Part shown: piece after piece, positions 1 to 14,538 of the stretch
How positions within the stretch are numbered: the first letter of the stretch is position 1
How the letters are laid out: each line of letters starts with the position of its first letter
From: Centroscyllium fabricii
Lineage: Eukaryota
Assembly: GCA_051313645.2 (NCBI GenBank)
Contig: JBNRSN020000003.1
Location: forward strand, 433,318,001 to 433,382,000
Length of the DNA stretch: 64,000 nt
Direction: 5' to 3'
The notes under the pieces: generated by a model
What the model saw: only the letters and a program-made list of their open reading frames with translations
Database searches by the model: none
Told to the model about the DNA's origin: nothing
Program-made: the position numbers and the translations under genes

Positions 1-3000
1 GTTGCCTCAATTACTTTTCCCTGGAGTATAACACAGGGTATGTTCGGATATTAGAAACATCTTGGGAACAGTTCTTGACTTTATGAGACAGCAGGCGGGA
101 GGGGCACAAAGCACTTCTAACACAACTTAAGAAATGTAAATAACTGTTCAAAAATACACCTTGTAACTGGCTGCAGGCATCCGAAATGCCAATCGTCTAC
201 TGGCTCGTTGACATTTTAAATATCCAGTAGCTGTCACAAAGGCAAAAAAGGACTGGCTCCTTCACAAAACCATCACTTGTGCCAGAATTTAATTATACCT
301 GTATCTACCTCTGAATGGAAATCAGTGGCATGCATTTTAATATTCCAATGCACGAGAAGAGCAACCTTCCAAGTGCCACATTACTGTACAGTCGAGATCA
401 ATGGCATAGTGTATAATTACATGTAACTATTTAAAAGTATTTGGGGGGAGGGGAAATAATGCAACCGGGTGAATCTAACAGGGAGATATAGCCACTGCTG
501 GATTAAAACATAGGACTGGATTTGCTCTTGGAAAGCTGGCAAGTATAGATCTGTGGGTCCTGGGGGAGGAATAATGTGCAAACAAGTGTACAATGCAAAG
601 TGAAAAGCCACACACAGTGACAGTCAATTAAAATCACACCAAAGCAACGTGTTTTTTCTTCCTTTTTAGTTTTGGCTCTCCTGTTCCACAGTGTAACGTG
701 CAATTTTGGTTCGGCCCATTTCCGTGATTTAGTGGGTGCACAACAGCTTAATTTTCAATCATGAATCTGAATTGCTTTACATGATTTCTGAATCTACTTT
801 TTTTGGTAAGTTAACAGCACTGCATGTTTGGAGGAAAGCCAATGTTTCACCCCACTTCCAGGGCACAATGTGTAAAACTGATGATGCCACTGCCAACACA
901 ATGCTTCCCTCCACTATTCTCACCGTAAAATAAAGCTCTCAAGCAATTCAGGGAACTTTATTTACAGAGCTCCCAATTACACTGGGCACAATACCCCAGG
1001 AGAGCGTCAACTCCAACCCAAATCACCAGAAAATCCCTTCGGCAGTGGCTTTTGAATTGGGTTTTTGTATCGTTTCCAAATGAATTTCAACAATTTATTA
1101 ATTTTTAAGCTGCTGTTAAAAGCAGTGCACCCACCCTTCCACATGACTGGGAGAAATGAAAACCAAAAACGAAAAGCACAAATCACAGCAAACACAAAGA
1201 CATGTGCTGAGCTCCTCCAGGGGCTCAGTCAGTCAGAGAAATAATAAAAACACTGCAGCTTTGTGTTTTTTTTTTTTTTACAAGAGTTACAAATAATGAC
1301 CTCTACGTAAAGGAAAACATTCAAATATCTATAATTCACATTTTTCTCTTAGGCCCTTCATGTGCATTATTTCTTTGAGAATTCATTAGGATTTAGTGCT
1401 GCTTCTCAGTGTTTCATTCTATTTGATGTCGCTGCCAGACTGTGTTTGCATTTTGTTCCTCATTTTTCTGACTCTGCTTTAAAACTACCACTCAACATTT
1501 TGCTAGTATTGCTAACTGTATCTGGTTCCTTTTCATCCAGCTGCATTTAATATCCAAGTGGTATGGATCCATTCTAGATTTGCCACCAGTCTGCTGCAAC
1601 ACCTTTTCCATCTCCCACTGCCAAGGAAGAGCGAGCAAACAGTGAAACATGTCAAATCAACAGAAAGCCATCGCAGGGATCCCGAAAGGGGAAATCTGAT
1701 GGTCAATTTCTTCGTCAACTTAGTTTTAAAGAAGCTAAACTCAGTTTTATTCACTGATCTCTATCATTCTCCCACTGCCAAACTCCTCTACACTGAGAAT
1801 TTCCACCTCATATACATGCACAACTTCCATATCCTATACTCTTAACCCTATCCCACCTAGTGATGATCGATTCTTGTTCACCTGGATGTACAGTTATGAA
1901 ACTCTGCCCTATTGCTTTTAAGAGCTAAATCCTTACTGAGTGCCTTTAGTAAACAGCACGAAACACACACTTAAATAGCCTAATCTCAAAATTGTAACAT
2001 ATCTGGGTGTAAAAGCTGGTAAATAAAATGTATCCATGGAGAGGCGCTACAAGATGCTGGGCCATTATTCTCTGTGTACTTAAAAAAAATGAAAGTGAGA
2101 AGGTTGGGGGAGGTCCTGGGTAAATGCTAGGCACTTTCACACAATGAGGCAAGTGCCTCTCGCTGTCCCCAGTCACCACTCCCACCCAACAGCTGGCTAT
2201 AGGTCATGCTCGATTCATTTTTACACTGCGTTCCTTATCCCTGCTGCACTACGAGGAGATCAAACATCTTTCCCACAGGAATGGGAGGGAAAGACTGGAA
2301 AGAAAACATCACAAGATGCTTTCACATAACATCTGTTGACACCACTGGGAAATCCAGGGACAGTTTGTCTACTCACCCCTTGCTCACAAGTGGCAGGGAG
2401 GGAGGGGGGGGATTTTGTTATATGATGTTCACAATAGATGACACTTTGCTGCGTGCAGCGGCCTTCATTAAAATGTAAAAAGGTTTTGGTAATACTGCAA
2501 ACAACGATTGCACTGCTTTACACATTTCCCTTTCTACTTCATTATATTAAACAAAAACGTAAATATACTTCCATGGTGCTACATTAGGGAAAAAAAGACT
2601 CGTACCCTATATTTTAATAGGGTTTCACTGCTGCAGTCCCATTAAACAAATTATTATTAAGGATGTGAGATTCAACCGCAGTTGGTTGAACCTGACGTGA
2701 TGTGACTGCCCCCACTCTCCCTGGACCACGAAACTCAAATGCAAAATGGAGCACGTTAATCTGCATTGGCAATTTCTGAGAAACCCCATCAAACCTGGTC
2801 CAAATTCAACTTAGCAAATTTTATATTATCTTTTTTTGATGACCAGCAAAGCAAACTATAATGATCATATTAGGCTAAGTTTGGGGTTTCAACCTTCAGT
2901 TTTGGCCCCTTCTGGATATAAATATTATTTCACGAGCCTTAACTGTCTTACACTCTGAGGTGCCAGAGACTCCAGCTCTCCCCTTCCACCCTAACTCCAT

Positions 3001-4849
3001 GGCTCCCCTTATGCAAGTGTAGCTATCCATTTAAAAAAAAACAAATGACATCAAACAGAAGAACTTCAATCAGTACACATCTTCCATTAAAGAAAAAAAT
3101 GGATTTCAGAACAGAAACAATAAATCTTGATGATTGCTAATTAACTAGAAAAATACACATTTGGAAGGAGTAAGACAAAAGCTGTGTAACCCAAAACCAA
3201 GCTGTACTTTTGCCTTTTAAAGAAATCAACGAGGTATTTGTTTTTTTTTGCAACTGTTGTATGTATAATACTGATACAAACACAGGGTTTCAGCTGAATT
3301 TGAAAATAACATTCTCCACTGTGAAAATATACTTCAGAAACTTTTATTATTTATTTTTTTGAATAAATAATCAATTTAGAACTACAATTGAGAGCAGCTT
3401 TTTTTTTGTGTAGCTTAATTCGCTTTGATAACTGAATAAATAATAGAACTATTGATCAAATAATTTCCCGTCCAGGAAATTCAGAACCGTCAATTTGCTT
3501 GCTAAGATCGGCACATTAAAAGTAGCTTTTCACTGTACTGTTGATTATCAATAGTAGTAATTAGTAGCATACAAGTCAGACTAACTCTGACCATCCCATG
3601 GCATCTGACTGTGGTAAAAGGGTCAACAAGGTGACCACTAACAGGTACTGTGCCGTTTGTCAATATAACCCATATCAACATTTGTCATTGGTACCGAAAG
3701 GGAAATAATTTGCATAACTTGACAAATTTTTTTGAGTCTGGAGGTTTAATATAAATTTCTAGGGGTCGTGCCAGAATTCTCTCATACTGTGCCATGAGTT
3801 TCCAATCTCAGCCATTTGCTTAGAGGAAGCAACTGAATGGAGGTCAGTCAAATCTCTACAGGAGGGGAAAAGGTCTTTTGTGCAGCTCTTGGTGTCTGGT
3901 TACAGAATACAACTGGCAAAGGTCAGAGCAGGTTGCCTACCTGACCTCACGTGGAATAGTACAAGGTTTATAGTGGTTCCCATAATTCACCCTACCTCTC
4001 CTTCACCCATGGTCCTTGGCTTCTATTGCCAGTTCATTTTGCTGTGGGATAATGCTGGAGAACATGTTATAATCATTTGGTTCCCAGTATATCTTATTCC
4101 TGTCTGTATGTGCACTGTGAATGTAAACTATTAGGTTTCTTTCCTTTGCCTTTTCCCCCTGATGTTTGCATGTGGAGAAAGTAGTCACAAACAGCTGAAA
4201 CCCTGTTATTAAATATTTTAGCAGACAGTGGCTTGGAGGCGGCTTTAGGGAGTGCAGCTACCGTTCAGCAGAAACTCCAACAAATACACAGGTGAACATG
4301 CAAGAAAACAAAAGTGTCACATGACCAGCAATTCTACTCCATATAGCCAAGAAAATAAAAATGAAGAAAAATGTGCTGTTGAGTCACAGGCAGTGACCCT
4401 CATTAAGGTGGGCATAGGTAGAGCAACAGGGCGAGCATGCAGACCAGAAAAAGTAGACTGAAGTTTGATACTGGGCAGTGCTACAAACAAAATAATAATG
4501 ATGTGATGGTAACGGAGAAATTTACCACTTACCAGATATATATGTAATGCATGACCACAAATGCATTTACTTAGCAAGCCCAATTCTGTCTAATCTCAAT
4601 TTCTAAATGTTTTGATTATTGAAGACAACACAATTCACGCTAAAATATCAATAAACATTACCTGCAGTAGATACAAAGAGGTCATATTGTGATACCTAGT
4701 TAAATGGTTACAAGTAAATAAATATGGCTCTAACCATCTGGCATCTTATTTGAATAATATTACTGGGCACAACTTAAGGAAGTTATGTTGCTTTACTAGG
4801 CCACTTTTGGCTGGGAATGGTTGGAGATCAAGAGGTAAAAAAAAATACA

Positions 4850-5714
4850 TTCAAATTACATAACATTTATTTTACAAAACTTCAGCAAAGGTGAGAAGAA
4901 TGGTTGAAAAGTCATTGCGCCCCTCTTAATGGTTAGTTACAGAGTGGATTATTAGCAGCTCTCACCCCCTTCACACAACTTTATCTTCTAGGAAGAACAA
5001 CTTTTATTTCTTTTATTGAGTTTCCAACATAAGTTAGCACAGTAACAAAAGGTGATGTATGAAAATAACCTTCAAGGCTTCTGAAGCCATGCACACGGGC
5101 TAGAAAATGAAAGCTTTGAGGACAGCAGCATTCAGGTTACATAAATACCATGAACACAGAAAGGCTCTGTGGTGACTGATGACGATTCCTTAACTTGTTA
5201 TATAGTAGAACAAAATAGATTCAAAAGAGTCAACCTATTTAAGTTAACTTTATTCCTCCTCTCCTCGCCCTCTTGCCCCCACCCCTCCCCACCAAAATAC
5301 CTTCAGCTTGGCTCGAAAGTCAATTTTAGGTATGACAGTTACCTACAACCATACGCAGTTACTGTTGTGGTCATGAAGTACATGTATTCTGGTAAGTGTT
5401 TTTTTTTTTGTTTCTTTTATTTTAAAAATGGGAAGCAAATTCAACAGCAGCATGCATCAGAAAACTGCTTTTGTTTTTGACATGGAAAAATAGCCAGGTT
5501 AATTAAGAGCAATAGATGGCATGCCATAAAATAAACAGCAAGCACTTGCACCTTTTGTTCATCTAATTTTTTCCCCTCTCTTGTTTTGCTTTTGATCATT
5601 AAAAACCAAACCAAGCCAATAATCCAGCTAGTCTTCCATTTTTAAAACTGTTAAGCAGAAGAATGTGTCCTTGCATACCAGCTCGCCCCGTGATTCATGG
5701 ACCAGCACACCACC
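4850..5714 (-). other. FNBP1: Probable FNBP1 3' UTR up to a poly(A) signal at 4866-4871
   Basis: No repeat is recognisable downstream of the stop. Minus-strand AATAAA (plus TTTATT at 4866-4871) is followed by a UG/U-rich tract. Other hexamers lie nearby, so the end is uncertain. Confidence 0.5.
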
Positions 5715-5722
5715 TTAGGTAC
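5715..5722 (-). CDS. FNBP1: FNBP1 alternative terminal exon, coding part (G|GT ACC TAA, giving ...DRNAKGT*)
   Basis: Minus strand shows a CTAAC branch point (5756-5760), a long pyrimidine tract and ctctag|GTACCTAA. It is in frame with the internal donor at 15366 and parallels the mammalian two-residue ending (...NAKDS*). Confidence 0.8.
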
Positions 5723-5896
5723 CTAGAGTCCAGAGAGAGGGAGAAAGGGACACATGTTAGCAACATAATGGACTAAGTTAGGGATATACTAGAAATCTTA
5801 CAGGTGGTACAACTTTAAACACACACAGACAGACACACACACACTTTTTGCATGGTTCTTCAACAGCTTAAACAACTTAAGAGGCAAAAATAAAAA

Positions 5897-6015
5897 CCGT
5901 GAATGCTAGAAATCTGCTCAAAATAAAAACTGCTAGAAATACGCAACAGGCTGGCCAGCAGAGAACTGAGAGAGAAGAAATGTTAGGTGTGACCAATTCT
6001 GATGAAAGGTCATAC
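5897..6015. repeat. Degenerate fragment of a shark Penelope-derived palindromic repeat
   Basis: atgctagaaatc...aactgctagaaatacgcaacagg...ctgatgaaaggtca resembles a common elasmobranch PLE-type repeat. It is highly diverged. Confidence 0.4.
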
Positions 6016-7859
6016 TATTCTAATGGAGAATATCATGGAGATGTTCACGGTGTGCTACCCCGAAAACAATTAGTATTTATGCTATGTGCTATTGACACCT
6101 AGTGCCAGATCAATAGTACACAACGTGTCCACATAGACATTGAAGAACTCTAACTAGAATTTTAATTGTTCATTAGATGCATAGAAACATTGCTAAATCT
6201 AACTCTGTTGACACAAACCCATTATAAACTGAATTTAAATACATAGGTACAAATCCTCAATGGACAGGAGAGATTAAGGAGATGGCAGTTTCAAGTGCAG
6301 AGTGAAGATTTACCAAAATGGACACCGTCAAGGGCCGCGACCAAAACAGTTTACACTTTCCCTCCAAAAAGGTTGACCGATGCATTGAAGTCCCCAGTGG
6401 TCGTCTGATTTCTGCCCTCTTGCAGAGGACATGGATCATAATCCACTGCATATGTTCTGTTGGTCATGAGATTGAATGTCACTTTGCAGGACTTCTTGTT
6501 TTAACTGCAAATCACTGGTCTGAAGGATATATCCTCTAACACACAGCTATAGACACAATCCATGGTAAATAATTGTAGCCCCCAAAAAGACAAAAAGGCT
6601 TAAATGATTTTCTTTTTAATGAATATTAGAATGTGTTTTAAATCAGAACTGATTAAAAAAAACCACAAGTACCACCTTGAGAAGAATTTCAAAGTATGAT
6701 GCTTCCAATTTTGGAAGTTAAATTATGAAAACATTTAACATGGTGGAAATGATTTAACAGCAATAAATGTTACTTTTTCAATTATCTTGGTTTTGGATAC
6801 CTATGCACAGATTTTCCTAAAATTTCTGATTATTCTAACATAAAAATGTTAAAAAGCTTTTCCTTAAAATCAAATAAACATGATTTTGAAAAATAACTAT
6901 TAATTATAAATGAATAAAGTTCTCTGGACAATTTAATGCTGGCAGGTTTTTGTAAACTGTTCTCACTAATTCTGTACATACTATGACGTAGTATCACGGT
7001 TACTAACAGCACAATTTACAGTATTTTAGTGAGAACTTTTATTTTCTCAAGTATCTTCCATAAAGGCACAAAAACAGATTAGTTCCCACCCCAAATATAT
7101 AAGCAATTTTAATAAAATAATGAAATTCAAATACAGGTGTAGTAGCAATGAATGATGAAATGAGAGTTCACTCTGCTGAGCTGCCAATCTCAGCTATGCT
7201 GCAGTGGGGAGATGCCCAATAGAGGTCCTGGAGTCTCCCCATTGACATGCGGACAAGTGACATTAATGGGTTGCTCTCCTACACGTTTTAAGTGGTTGCT
7301 TCATAGCAGCACTGGTGGAGGCTTCAAAGCAGGTTTCCTGCATGCCTTCTTGACTGCAGCAGATGCATGGGCTGGAAATAAAATAGGTGGGGGGTGGAAT
7401 AAAGCACTACTTCGAGGTACATGAAAACCCACCAACACCATACTTTCTGGAAAGAAATCACCAAAACAGAAACTTTTGCTCACTTCCACTAAAACATAAT
7501 TCTAAATTGCTATTGTTTAATTTGTATTACAACATGATAAGTGCAGTGGACTTTCTGTGACCTTTCCTTCAAAGACCTGAGGCACTGACTTGCAATCAGA
7601 AACTTTATGAACTTGAGACTATGAAAATAAACACCATTCCAAGCAACCAGGCAAATAATTAATCTTTTGCTGTTTGTATATATTTCATAGACTTTCACCA
7701 ATCATACATCTTAATTTCTGTATAAAGTAACTGTACTATCTGACCTTTGCATTGTTTGTTATTTCAAAACAAAACCATGCAGCCATTTACCACTGAACTA
7801 TTCATCTGTGAGGAAACAAAACAAAAATCAAATTGGGTAAGTTTGATTTTTTTCCCACA

Positions 7860-8353
7860 AAACGTAACAGGAATTAGGAGGAGTAGGCCATACAGCCCCT
7901 TGAGCTTGCTCCGACATTCAATATGACCATGGTTGATGATCTACCTCATCTCCACTTTCCCGTACTATCGCTGTATCTCTCGATTCCCTTCGTGTCCAAA
8001 AATCTATCGATCTCTGTCTTGAATATACTCAACGACAGAGCGTCCACAGCCCTCTGGGGTGGAGAATTCCAAAGATTCACAACCCTCTGAGTGAAGACAT
8101 TTCTCATCACAGTCCTAAATTGTCGACCACTTATCCTGAGCCTATGACCCCTAGTTCTCGACTCGCCAGCCAGAGGAAACAGACTCTCAGCATCTACCTT
8201 GTCAAGCCCTCTAAGAATTTTAAGTTTCAATGAGATCACCCCTCATTCTTCTAAACTCAGATCCTGTAATGCGAATATAGGCCCATTCTACTCAATGTTT
8301 CCTCATAGGTCAACCCTCTTATCCCAGGAATCAACCTAGTGAACCTTCATTGC
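7860..8353 (-). mobile_element. CR1 (HER1-like) LINE 3' fragment
   Basis: ORF 7946..8239 gives the CR1 ORF2 C-terminus (LFPLAGESRTRGH...FTQRVVNLWNS...FKTEIDRFL), plus the 3' tail ggcctactcct. Confidence 0.92.
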
Positions 8354-10134
8354 AATTACAAAATTAAACATCAACAGTGGATAGGTGAAGCTATGGCACA
8401 TGCCAGTACTCTTCTTTGACCTTCCATGCTACCAGATTGTTTAAAAACAATTTCAAAAAAATTTTGACTCTGTTGTGTACAATTTCTGTACATTTAAAAG
8501 GTTAAAGTTTCTGGTTATAAATGGTAACTTTTAAGTGCCTAACAATGCAAGCATTTTTATTATCAAGCAATGTTGACCCCCAAGGCTTGCTCTGTACTGA
8601 AATGTTGCTAACTTTATTTTTACCTGGGACTGTTGCCTACGACACAGCAACTTAAACGTGCAAGAAGGATAAGATTATCGGGAGCAGGCAGCTTGCATAT
8701 GAAGATATACAAAATTATACATTAATAACAAAAATGTATTATTCTGATGAAGTCCCCAGAATCAACTCAGTGACGGAGATTAGCTAGACTGTATATCAAG
8801 GCAAGATGAAGTCTGTACACAAATTAAACCAAACATTATTTGCTCAAAATAATTAACTCCACACAGGTACTTCTAGCTGAAGGTCAGCATTCATACAGTG
8901 GGGCTTGGCGTGATGGAAGTTTCAAAATAGTGACATGAGACTGGGTAACACATAAGGGGCAAACCGCTAGTGTGTTACTCAGGGCCAATTCTACCTCAGA
9001 TTGTTGGATCAGGTTTGGTACGCCATTCTGCTTATGCAATGATTCTGGCCTATAAATAGGAATAAAATACGGAATCATTTTGAAGATAACAAAAAGGACA
9101 TGTACTGAAATGTTTTTGTGAATTGTAATTCTTGCTCAGGCATCAAGCACACATTGTTGTTTTGGTACATATGTTGTTCTGTTGTGGAAAATTCCAGTAC
9201 AATCATAGGATGTAACTGGTGTGGAGCGGAGTGCTCGGGTGAGAATGATTACATTGAAAAAAAGTTGCATTCTGCTTGCTATGACATCTGTCATAATTTT
9301 ATAATCGTTCAGTTTTCCATTAATATATGAAGTTAATTTTTTGAGTATATAAAGTTCTTCATTGTATTAACTGCGAACAGATGAGCATTGAATTTGTACC
9401 AAAAACCCTCTATTTTAGAGTGATTTTCTTCAAACATACTTAATGTAACAAAGCAAAGTATTGCATTAAACACATAGCTCTTATAACACAAACTATAACA
9501 CTGATAATTGATGGACAGTGAAAAGAACATTCAGCTTGTAGATATAGTATGCGGTTCCATGCTACAGAAACATCTCTGGAAAGGTCTTCAAGCAGTTAAG
9601 AGATCTCTGCCAGTTCTGACTCAAAAGAACGACAGCTTACAAATGGTGTGGAAAGTCATTGCATTCAATACTCTTACCAGTCAAGCACCCTGCTTCAGTT
9701 TTCTTAACCACAGAGCAAGTGGATTAAGAGCTGGGCAAAATTTGAAACAGCAATAAAAACATTTTTTAAAACTGGTGCAAACAAAACTGCTGACTGACAT
9801 GTATCCGGTGTGCCAAATGGCCGTTCTGCAAGGGAAGCCATGAAAACAATCACATTTACAAATATAACCTAGCAGTTTAAAAACATGGGAATGCAGTGGA
9901 ACCAACTGAAATGCAAATGTTATGCAATAAATGCCATGTTTTAAAGAGGAAACACTACCTTATCTTAAAACAAACATATGCAATTCATTAGGTTACTTAC
10001 TAACAAAATCCTCTGTCCAGAGTTTTATGCTGGATGCAGCTTCATTGTGGAGAAATCCAATTTGTAACATTGGCATTTCTTTACAACATTTGCCTCACGT
10101 CATCAATGACCCCCACTGAGGACCATTCTATTAA

Positions 10135-10277
10135 AAAGAGAGAGAGAGAGAAAGAGAAAAAGAGGGAGAGAAAGAGAAAGGCAGAGAGAAATAACAAACT
10201 TGCATTTAAATTGCACCTTTCATGACCTCAGGCCATCCCAAAGCGCTTTACAGCCAAATAAGTACTTTTGAAGTGAA
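10135..10277 (-). repeat. (GA)-rich tract plus L2-type/Deu-SINE 3' tail
   Basis: aacttgcatttaaattgcacctttcatgacctcagg...cccaaagcgctttacagcc is the reverse complement of the tail seen at about 26385-26450. Confidence 0.65.
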
Positions 10278-10322
10278 GCAGAGGATGATGTCAGCAAGGA
10301 AGCAGAAAGAAGGCAATGATAC

Positions 10323-10581
10323 TGTGGCATTTCCACATCGGGGAATAAATGACTGTACATAATAATTGTATGAAAAATCCCCTTTAGCTTACAGGTTTCC
10401 CCTCCCCTTTAAGAGAGAGGAAAACAGACCCAGTGTGACCAAGTGTGACATCATCGCGCATTCCGGAATGCAGGCTTTTTCAGTTTAGAATGTTTTTGGA
10501 GTTTGAACTATAAAGATCAATTGTTGTGCAGTTGCTCCTCCAAGTTGGCAGATTTATTTGTTGGGAGATCAATCTCCTACA
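10323..10581 (+). repeat. 5' LTR (259 bp)
   Basis: TGTGGCATTTCC...TCTCCTACA, a direct repeat of 14539-14780, followed immediately by the PBS. Confidence 0.95.
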
Positions 10582-10582
10582 T

Positions 10583-10592
10583 TGGTGACCCC
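10583..10592 (+). promoter_or_regulatory. Primer-binding site, tRNA-Trp type
   Basis: TGGTGACCCC is complementary to the 3' end (GGGGUCACCA) of vertebrate tRNA-Trp. Confidence 0.85.
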
Positions 10593-10627
10593 AGTCGGTA
10601 AATGTTTTTACTGACCCACGCAGCATA

Positions 10628-13600
10628 ATGGCTACCGGTGCTGCGGCCTTAACACTCCCTTCTTTTTGGGAGAAACAAGCGACTGCATGGTTTGCTCATG
10701 CAGAAGCCCAGTTCTCCCTGCGGAAAGCTGAGGACGATGAAGAAAAATACCTCCATGTTGTGTCGGCCCTCGAGAGCTCCACCGCTGCGGAAGTCATCGG
10801 CCTTCTGGGGAACCCTCCAGAAGCCGGCAAGTATAAAGGCAGTTAAGGACAGACTCCTGCAGGTTTTCAGTTTATCCAAGGAGAAGAGAGCACGCAGGCT
10901 TCTCTCGCTACCAAGCCTTGGTGGCTCCACCCCGACCCAGTTAATGAGCCGAATGCTCACTCTTCTGGAGTCCGAGCCACAATGTTTCCTTTTCCATGCT
11001 TTATTCTTGGCCCAGCTTCCTCAACAAGATCAAACTGCCCTCGCCGGTTCCCCAATCACGGACTGAGTCAAGCTCGCAGCCGCGACAGACAAAATCCTCT
11101 CCGTGGCCTGGCTCGGCTGCGGAGCCACGAGGTTCCCCTCCCCCACGGAGCGCAACCTGACTTGTCAGGCTGTAGGCCTCTGTTATTATCACGTACGTTT
11201 TGGCGCGAAGGCCCACCGTTGCCGCCCGCCTGCACATTCGCCACCAAGAAAAAGGTTACCCTGCCCGACTCACCGAGTACTCACCACTGGCAGATTTTGT
11301 CTGAGCGTCCTCCTGCCGCCACGATGACTGTCGGTTCAGCAGGGAAGCTCCTCTACATCATCGATTCGCTTTCTGGACGGCGATTCCTCTGTGACACAGG
11401 CGCGCAGTGCAGTATTATCCCAGCTTCCACCCACTATAAACTGGTGGGTCGGAGTGGACCTCCCCTCGTGGCGGCTAATGGCGCTGCCATCCGCACTTAT
11501 GGAAAACGTCGAGCGGAAATCTGCTTCAGTGGACAGTGGTTTACCTGGGGCTTCATCACGGCCTCAGTCTCACAGCCCCTGCTTGGCGCAGATTTCCTGT
11601 GTGCCCACTGTCTTCTGGTCGACGTCCGTGACTGACGCCTCATCAACTCGGCCACATTTAATTGTTTGTTGTGCCAACGCAGCAACACACCGGCCCTCGT
11701 CCTGTCCTGCGCCTCGCCCGCACTGGATGACTACTCTCGTCTTCTGGCAGATTTTCCTGGATTCATGCTGTCAACTTTTTCGGCCACGTCGAATAAACAC
11801 GGCGTTGAACACCACATTGCCACCACAGGTCCCCTGGTGTATGCTCGCGCCCGGATCCAGCCAAGATGGCCGTGGCCAAGGCAGAGTTCGCGACAATGGA
11901 AAAATTGGGCATCGTTCGCCACTCGAATAGTCCCTGGTCTTCTCCTCTTCACATTGTCCCTAAGCCGGGCGGTGGCTGGCGACCCTGTGGCGATTACAGG
12001 AGGCTCAATGACGCTACCACACCTGATCGCTACCCCATACCGCATATCCAGGACTTCTCGCCACACCCGGCGGGAAAATTCATCTGCTCAAAAGTGGATC
12101 TGATTATCATCCATTACCCGTTCACCAGGCTGACATCCAGAAGACCACGGTCATCACCCCTTTTGGCCTTTTTGAATTCCTAAGAATGCCTTTCGGGCTG
12201 AAGAACGCTGCGCAGGCTTTCCAATGGCTTCTGGATTCGGTGCTTCGGGACCTCCCTTTTCTTTTCATCTACCTCGACGACATCCTCGTGGCCAGCACTG
12301 ACAAAGCACAGCACATCTCACAATTGCGTTCTCTCTTCCAGAGCCTGAGTCAGCACAGGTTCATCGTCAACCCCGCTAAATGTCAATTCGGACTGGCTCA
12401 GATCGATTTTCTCGGCCATCAGAGGATGGGGCAATTCCTCTCCCGGCCAAAGTACAGGCAGTATCGGATTTTCCTCAGCCCACTTCGGCCAAAGCTCTTC
12501 AAGAGTTCCTGGGTATGGTTAATTTTTATCATCGTTTTGTACCGAAGGCTGCTCTCCTCATGCGCCCTCTCTACGAAGCCACCAGGGGCAAGACGGGCAA
12601 ACATCCGCCATCATGGACGGAAGAGATGTCCTCAGCATTCGACAAAACCAAACGGGTGTTGGCCAATGCCACGCTTTTGGCACACCCTATTCCAGGCGCC
12701 ACGGTCGCCCTCACAACTGACATCTCCGACTACACCATTGGAGTGGTGCAGCAGCAGTGGGTCGATGGTGATTGGCAACCACTAGCGTTCTTCAGTCGCC
12801 AACTGCGCAAGAACGAGCGGGCATATAGCACATTTGACAGAGAGCTACTCGCCTTGTTTTTGGCAGTCACCAGATTCTTGCTAGAAGCTCGACCTTTCAC
12901 AGCATTCGTTGATTATAAACCGCTAACTTTCGCCATAGCAAAAACTGCAGAACCTTGGTCTGTGCGCCAGCAGAATTTCATCTCTGAATTTGCCATCGAC
13001 ATCCGCCACGTGACCGGTAAGGAAAACATGGTGGCAGATTGCCTCTCACGACCCTCTCTTCACAGCGTGCACCTGGGCGTGGATTATGCCAGTATGGCAA
13101 AGGACCAGGCATCTGATGCCGACCTCCAGTCCCAAGATCGGCGGTTACTGGCCTCAGCCTAGCCGACATTCATTTCCAGGCAGCTGGTAGAACTCTTCTT
13201 TGTGACGTGTCGGTTAAATATCCTCGGCCTGTAGTTACATTCTCCTGGCGTAGGTGAGTTTTTGATATCATCCATGGGCTTTCTCATCCAGGTATGCGGG
13301 CATCCCAGAAGCTAATGGCAGTGAAGTTCGTGTGGCCCGGTCTACACAAGGATGAGAGAGACTGGACGAACACATGCGTGGTTTGCCAGAGGGCGAAAGT
13401 CCATCAACATACCAAAGCGGCACTGGAATTCTTCCCCGTGCCAGAGAGAAGGTTTGACCACATTCATGTAGACCTGGTTGGCCCACTACCGCCATCGCAA
13501 GGCTACATGCACCTACTCAGTATAGTCGACCGCAACACAAGGTGGCTGGAGGTAGTCCCTCTAACCTCCACCACCGCGGCCGACGTAGCCAGGGCGTTTG

Positions 13601-14510
13601 TATCATCGTGGGTGGCCAGATTCGGAGTTCCTGCCGACATTTAGTCAGACAGAGGTCCTCAGTTTACTTCTCAGCTGTGGAATGCCATCGCTCATGGGCT
13701 AGGAGCAAAACTCCATAGAACCACAGCCTACCATCCACAGGCGAATGGCCTTTCTGAACGTTTTCACAGATCGTTGAAGACCTCCTTGCGGGCCTGCCTG
13801 TTAGATTCCTGCTGGAGAGACAAGTTGCCCTGGGTTCTACTGGGACATCGTACTGCACCCAAAGAAGACCGCAACTCTTCTTCGGCCGAAATGGTTTGTG
13901 GGCAACCGCTCCGAGTTCCGGGTGAATTTCTTCCCCTCGTCAGGGAGCCGTGGCCCGCTTCAATACAACGATCAATACACCAAGAGGCGACCAAGTGTTT
14001 TCGGCCGGTGTCCACGTTCCAGCATGGCCCTCAGCTCTCACACATTCCAAAAGACCTACACCAGGCGGAATTCGTTTTCGAGCGCTGGGACGCGCACAAA
14101 GATCCTCTTCAGGCCCCTTACACGGGGCCCTTCCATGTCTTAAGAGGCGGGAGACAAATCTTTTATTCTGGACGTCGGCGGAAAGCCGGACTACGTCTCG
14201 GTGGATTGTCTTAAGCCGGCTCACCTAGAGCTCAGTGCTCCGGTCCATACGGCTCTTCCTCCACATCACGGCAGACCTCCTGCAACACCCCTGTCATCAG
14301 CCAGTCCGCTTGCCTGCCAATAATAATAATAATCTTCGTTTTCGTCATCGTCACCCGCAGACCATCCTGCCAGTCTGTCGTCAGACCAGCCGCTGGACTC
14401 GCCTGTTCTTCAACCTGCCAGCCTCCCAGACACTCCTCCTCGTCCACCGTCCGAGTACTACAGCCGCTACGGCCGTTTGATCAAGCCACCTGAACGATTG
14501 ACTTTTTCAG
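10628..14510 (+). pseudogene. gag-pol pseudogene of the Gypsy element (multiple frameshifts and stops)
   Basis: Gag: LPSFW..AWF..AEAQF and CYYH-x9-C. Protease: LCDTGA. RT: WRPCGDYRRLN, MPFGLKNAAQ, YLDD. RNase H: LAFFSR, YSTFDRELLA, VADCLSR. Integrase: H..H..CVVC, HVDLVGP, SDRG, ERFHR, GPF. Confidence 0.95.
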
Positions 14511-14538
14511 TTAAAGAGGATTCTGGGGGGGGGGCACA

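Noticed and set aside
10628-14510. Active or domesticated gag-pol gene
   Set aside because: Many frameshifts and in-frame stops across gag, RT, RNase H and integrase, and the LTRs have diverged.
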